64,000 nt of DNA from Candidatus Velthaea sp. (GTDB lineage Bacteria > Vulcanimicrobiota > Vulcanimicrobiia > Vulcanimicrobiales > Vulcanimicrobiaceae), in assembly GCA_050012475.1 (NCBI GenBank), contig JBEKHC010000001.1, forward strand, positions 96,001 to 160,000, given 5' to 3'. Shown here piece by piece: positions 60,545-64,000 of this stretch. Position numbers and translations under genes: made by a program. Position 1 is the first letter of the stretch. The number at the start of each line of letters is the position of its first letter. The notes beneath the pieces are model-generated. The model had not been told where the DNA came from. It did no database searches and was given only the letters and a program-made list of their open reading frames with translations.

Positions 60545-61200
60545 GCCTGGCCGAGCGCGCGCGTCGCGCGCGATCGATCGAAGCCGCCGCTGCCGTAGTC
60601 GAAGCGTGCCGGCGCTGCGCGATCGGTGCGACCCGCACGCACAGTGTCTACGGCGAAGGCGATCCGTGCGCCGGGCTCATGGTCATCGGCGAAGGGCCGG
60701 GCGAAACCGAAGACAAGCTGGGCCGGCCCTTCGTCGGACGCGCGGGCGAACTGCTCGACAAGATGCTCGGGGCCATCGACTTGGCGCGCGAGGACGTGTT
60801 CATCTGCAACACCGTCAAGTGCCGCCCAACGCTCGATGACGGCCGGCGGCTGCGCAATCGCGCCCCCGATCCGCAAGAGATGAAGAACTGCCGCCCGTAT
60901 CTCGATCTCCAGATCGACATCATCCGCCCGCGCGTCATCCTCGCGTTGGGCGCGCCGGCGGCGAAGTCGTTCATGGGCGAGAAGTTTTCGATCACGCGGC
61001 AGCGCGGCCAATGGTTCGCGGGTCCGAACGACATTCCGACCATCGCCACGTTCCATCCGGCCTACATCCTGCGCCAAACGGGCGGCGAACTCAACGCGAT
61101 GAAACGCTTAGTGTTCGCCGATCTCAAAGCCGTGCGGGCGAAGCTCGACGAGCCGGTTCCGGTCGTCGACGTGCCGATCGTGCAAGACACGCTGTTTTGA
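60541..61200 (+). CDS. Uracil-DNA glycosylase, family 4 (Fe-S)
   Basis: CRRC, GEGPG, PFVGRAG, KCRP, FHPAY. Confidence 0.92.
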   Translation: MSLAERARRARSIEAAAAVVEACRRCAIGATRTHSVYGEGDPCAGLMVIGEGPGETEDKLGRPFVGRAGELLDKMLGAIDLAREDVFICNTVKCRPTLDDGRRLRNRAPDPQEMKNCRPYLDLQIDIIRPRVILALGAPAAKSFMGEKFSITRQRGQWFAGPNDIPTIATFHPAYILRQTGGELNAMKRLVFADLKAVRAKLDEPVPVVDVPIVQDTLF

Positions 61201-61223
61201 GCGGCGGCCGCCCTGCGCGGCAG

Positions 61224-62015
61224 CTATGCCGTCGTTCGCCGTTCGACCAGCAGCGCTTGATGGCCGACGGCGAAATAGCCGGTCGTGTCGGCGAGCCGGA
61301 ATGACGTGATGCCGAGTCCGTCGCCGCTGAGCGTCGTGCGCGCTTCGAGCAGCGTCCATTCGCCGTGCGGATAGCGCTCGAACGCGAGCGACAAGGACGG
61401 CGGAACGAACATCCATTCGTCCATCGGAAGTTCGCGGCTGATGCCGTTGGCGGAGTCGGCAATGAGCAACGCGCGGTCGAGCGGCTGCAGCGGCCGGCCG
61501 GCGATCAGCGGTCCGCGCGGGCGCGTCCACACGGCGGCCGGACCGAAGCCATGCTCGCCGTGCGCGTAGCGCCATTCGAGGGCGCGGCCATAGCCGAACG
61601 CCTGCAGCCACGTCGGCCGGTCGCGCTCGTCGGGTAGCGCCGGGACGTCATCAGCTTCGCTCGCGGCGGGCGGAACGCTGTTGGGAGGTTGGACGGCGAT
61701 CCGCCACACGCGCGCGGTGACGACGTCGCGTCCGCCGCTCTCGATCACGCCTTCGAGCATTTCGATCCGCTTGCCGGGCCGCGCGATCCGGGTGCGGACG
61801 GTCATTTCGGCCAGCGGGATCGGGCCGAGGAATTCGGCTGACACCCGCGCGATCCGCATGTTTTCGCGCGGATTCTGCGCTTCCACGGCGTGCGCAACCA
61901 ACGCCGTCGGCGGACTGCCGTGCTGCAGTCGCGCGTCCCACGGACTCTCCGTCGCGGACAAGGCTCGGAACGTCGAGTCACCGGTCTGTTCGTAGAACGC
62001 GCTCGCCTCGCTCAT
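61224..62015 (-). CDS. Thioesterase-family (double hotdog) protein
   Basis: SPWD..LQHGSPP, RPGKRIEM, IADSANG. Confidence 0.85.
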   Translation of the reverse strand: MSEASAFYEQTGDSTFRALSATESPWDARLQHGSPPTALVAHAVEAQNPRENMRIARVSAEFLGPIPLAEMTVRTRIARPGKRIEMLEGVIESGGRDVVTARVWRIAVQPPNSVPPAASEADDVPALPDERDRPTWLQAFGYGRALEWRYAHGEHGFGPAAVWTRPRGPLIAGRPLQPLDRALLIADSANGISRELPMDEWMFVPPSLSLAFERYPHGEWTLLEARTTLSGDGLGITSFRLADTTGYFAVGHQALLVERRTTA

Positions 62016-62075
62016 CGGGCTGCCTTTTTCCATAAGTGGAAAAATGCTTTTTCCCGCTGTTCAGGACTCCGTCGC

Positions 62076-62261
62076 CTACACGCCGCCCAAGCGGTTCGCG
62101 GCGCCTTTGGCGGCTTCGGCGTCGAGGATTTCCGGCAGTCGCCGAATCTCGGCTTGCGCGCCGGCGTCGTCTTCGTGCGCGATCGCTCGCAACGTGCCGA
62201 GCTGGATCGCAAGGTATGCGAGCATACCGTGTCTCCCGCCGTTCGGGTTTTTCGCGTCCAT
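62076..62261 (-). CDS. Small hypothetical protein
   Basis: 61-aa helical ORF with AAGGA upstream and a sigma28-like motif further upstream. Confidence 0.35.
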   Translation of the reverse strand: MDAKNPNGGRHGMLAYLAIQLGTLRAIAHEDDAGAQAEIRRLPEILDAEAAKGAANRLGGV

Positions 62262-62582
62262 CCTGCCGACATTTCCTTGACCCGAACTGAGCAGCAAAGT
62301 ACTGCCAGGCGCTTCTTCCTTGTTATCGGTTTCCGGCAGCAAAGCTCAATATGCCGGCCGGCGGAGTCACGCCGGCGCTATGATACTATCGGCACGTATG
62401 CGCAGAGAGGAGAGCGCAACGGGGTCTCCGACGAGAGCTACTGCGCGGCCGGCGTTCGTGCGACGTTTCGCCCGTGCAGCTGCAGCAGGCGTCCCTGATC
62501 GAGGCTGCCTAGCAATGACCGATAATAGATAAGCCAGATCGCCCCTGCGTTAAGAAACGGTCCGCAACATTCGCTCGAGCAA

Positions 62583-62756
62583 TCAGTCGCTCATAATGTA
62601 CACGAGATGGTCGCTGTGCAAAAAGTAGAACTGAACTTCCGGAGAGCTTGCAGGGCCCGGGATCTCGCTCGTTTGCTCGCCGCTAAACGAAAGCTCAAAC
62701 GTGCTCAGGCGAACAGATTCCTCGTCGCACGTCTCGCAGCGTAAGAAGTAATTCAT
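62583..62756 (-). CDS. 57-aa CxxC...HxxH putative zinc-binding microprotein
   Basis: Manual translation MNYFLRCETCDEESVRLSTFELSFSGEQTSEIPGPASSPEVQFYFLHSDHLVYIMSD; absent from the ORF track. Confidence 0.5.
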   Translation of the reverse strand: MNYFLRCETCDEESVRLSTFELSFSGEQTSEIPGPASSPEVQFYFLHSDHLVYIMSD

Positions 62757-63393
62757 CGACGCGGTCGCCGATCCTGAAGATAGTGCGCCGGCAGCAGCGC
62801 TGTCATCGTCGCTACTGCAGACACGACCGCAGCAATCCCTGCCGGTTAATGCGCGACTTGCAAGCGCACTGTAGATCTTGACTAATGTTTAATGCTTCCG
62901 GTAATGGAATCGATGTGCCCAATCGCCATTGCCGCATGTTCGCGCAAACGTACTTGCTGGTTTTGAGATAAGCCCTGGCAAGGAATCGGTGCGCGAAGGG
63001 CTGCGGACCAAGCGCGATTTACTGCTGCTTGAAACTTCACTCCCGCGCGCGCAAAAGGACCGGTGCCGGTTGAATGCTTTGCGCTGGCTGTTTTTTTCGG
63101 AATCGCAAAACCTGACAAGCCCCAGCCATCCTACCACTTGAAGGCAATGTGAAAAAGCGACGGTTGGTGGACCGGACATGACCACGCTTTGATTGCCGCT
63201 TACATGTGGTGACTGCGCGAACTTTTGGACTTCGGGGCCGAGACGCCGGCGAACGTGCCAGCAGTGTCGCGACGGGCGCGCTGGCCCCGTAGGCGGCGGT
63301 GCGGCAGTCCCGCAGCGCTAAGAATTCCAAGGCACGAAAGCTGCGCGACCGGTTATGAGGCAAGGCCCCCCGCGACTTCGTTCGAGAGAATTA

Positions 63394-63537
63394 TCGCGCG
63401 AGCCCGGGATGTCGCCCGATCCCGGGATGTCGCGCGAGCCCAGGATGTCGCGCGAGCCCGGGATGTCGCGCGAGCCCGGGATGTCGAGCGAGCCCGGGAT
63501 GTCGCGCGAGCCCGGGATGTCGCCCGATCCCAGGATG
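63394..63537. repeat. 18-bp tandem repeat, 8 copies (TCGCGCGAGCCCGGGATG consensus)
   Basis: Directly visible contiguous units without spacers. Confidence 0.95.
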
Positions 63538-63849
63538 CCGTCGATGATGAGTTGCGGACGAGTTGCGTGGGTTTCCGAGTTTTTGAACTGGGCGTCGCCG
63601 ATGTTTAGGGAACACCCCTTGACGACCCAGCGCGCCTCGTGCGAGCCGGCTCGGAAATCACGCCTGCGGCTCAGCGTCGTTCTCCGGTCACAAACCTACG
63701 GCTTCGCCGGGTGCACCGAGCGAAGCCGCGGGAACCCAGCGCATCACTCTTCAATCCGAACGAAAATCCTTTGCGATCTTTTGCCCGGAACTTCTGAGAT
63801 ACCGCACTCGCAGTCAACGGGCGAACCCGTCTGACTCGAGGGGAGAAAC

Positions 63850-64000
63850 CTACACCACGCCTGCGAAGTCGAGGACCATGCGGCCTTCGATCTTACCGGC
63901 TTTGAGATCGGTGAAGATTCGGTTGATGTCTTCGAGTTTTGAGAGGTGGATGTCGACGCGAACTTTACCGCGCGCTGCGAATGCGATCGCCTCCGCAAGA
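63850..64000 (-). CDS. adhP: Zinc-dependent alcohol dehydrogenase, C-terminal fragment
   Basis: Manual translation [49 protein letters not shown]. Confidence 0.8.
   Translation of the reverse strand, partial: LAEAIAFAARGKVRVDIHLSKLEDINRIFTDLKAGKIEGRMVLDFAGVV

Noticed and set aside
63394..63537. CRISPR array
   Set aside because: Contiguous 18-bp units with no unique spacers and no cas genes in the window

Overview
High-GC bacterial chromosomal window, mostly housekeeping and envelope genes. It carries acs-like CoA ligase, dnaK-grpE-dnaJ, HtrA protease, a TolC/HlyD/MacB-type exporter, rnj, ftsK, futalosine-pathway mqnE-mqnA-mqnC, mnmA, rodZ, yajQ, rimO, secA, frameshifting prfB, UDG and the 3' end of adhP. 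DnaK and SecA have the short Gram-positive-type forms while TolC, TonB and beta-barrel genes indicate an outer membrane. That suggests a diderm Terrabacteria lineage, possibly Eremiobacterota/Vulcanimicrobiota (inference only). No rRNA, tRNA, CRISPR array or transposase was recognised. The most notable observations are: (1) a divergent metal/redox envelope locus (cupredoxin, CXXCH beta-barrel, two-component system / lipoprotein, SCO) with mirror-image promoters; (2) two genes that seem to start at ATA/GTA codons overlapping an upstream TAG; (3) two Ala/Gly-rich toxin-like proteins, one with a coupled immunity-like gene; (4) sigma28-like promoters at diguanylate cyclases, two of which are inserted between secA and prfB; (5) several REP-like palindromic repeat families; (6) a structured dnaK leader; (7) an 8x18-bp repeat whose variation favours an HPGLAR peptide. 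All functional calls come from motif recognition by eye; no searches were run.
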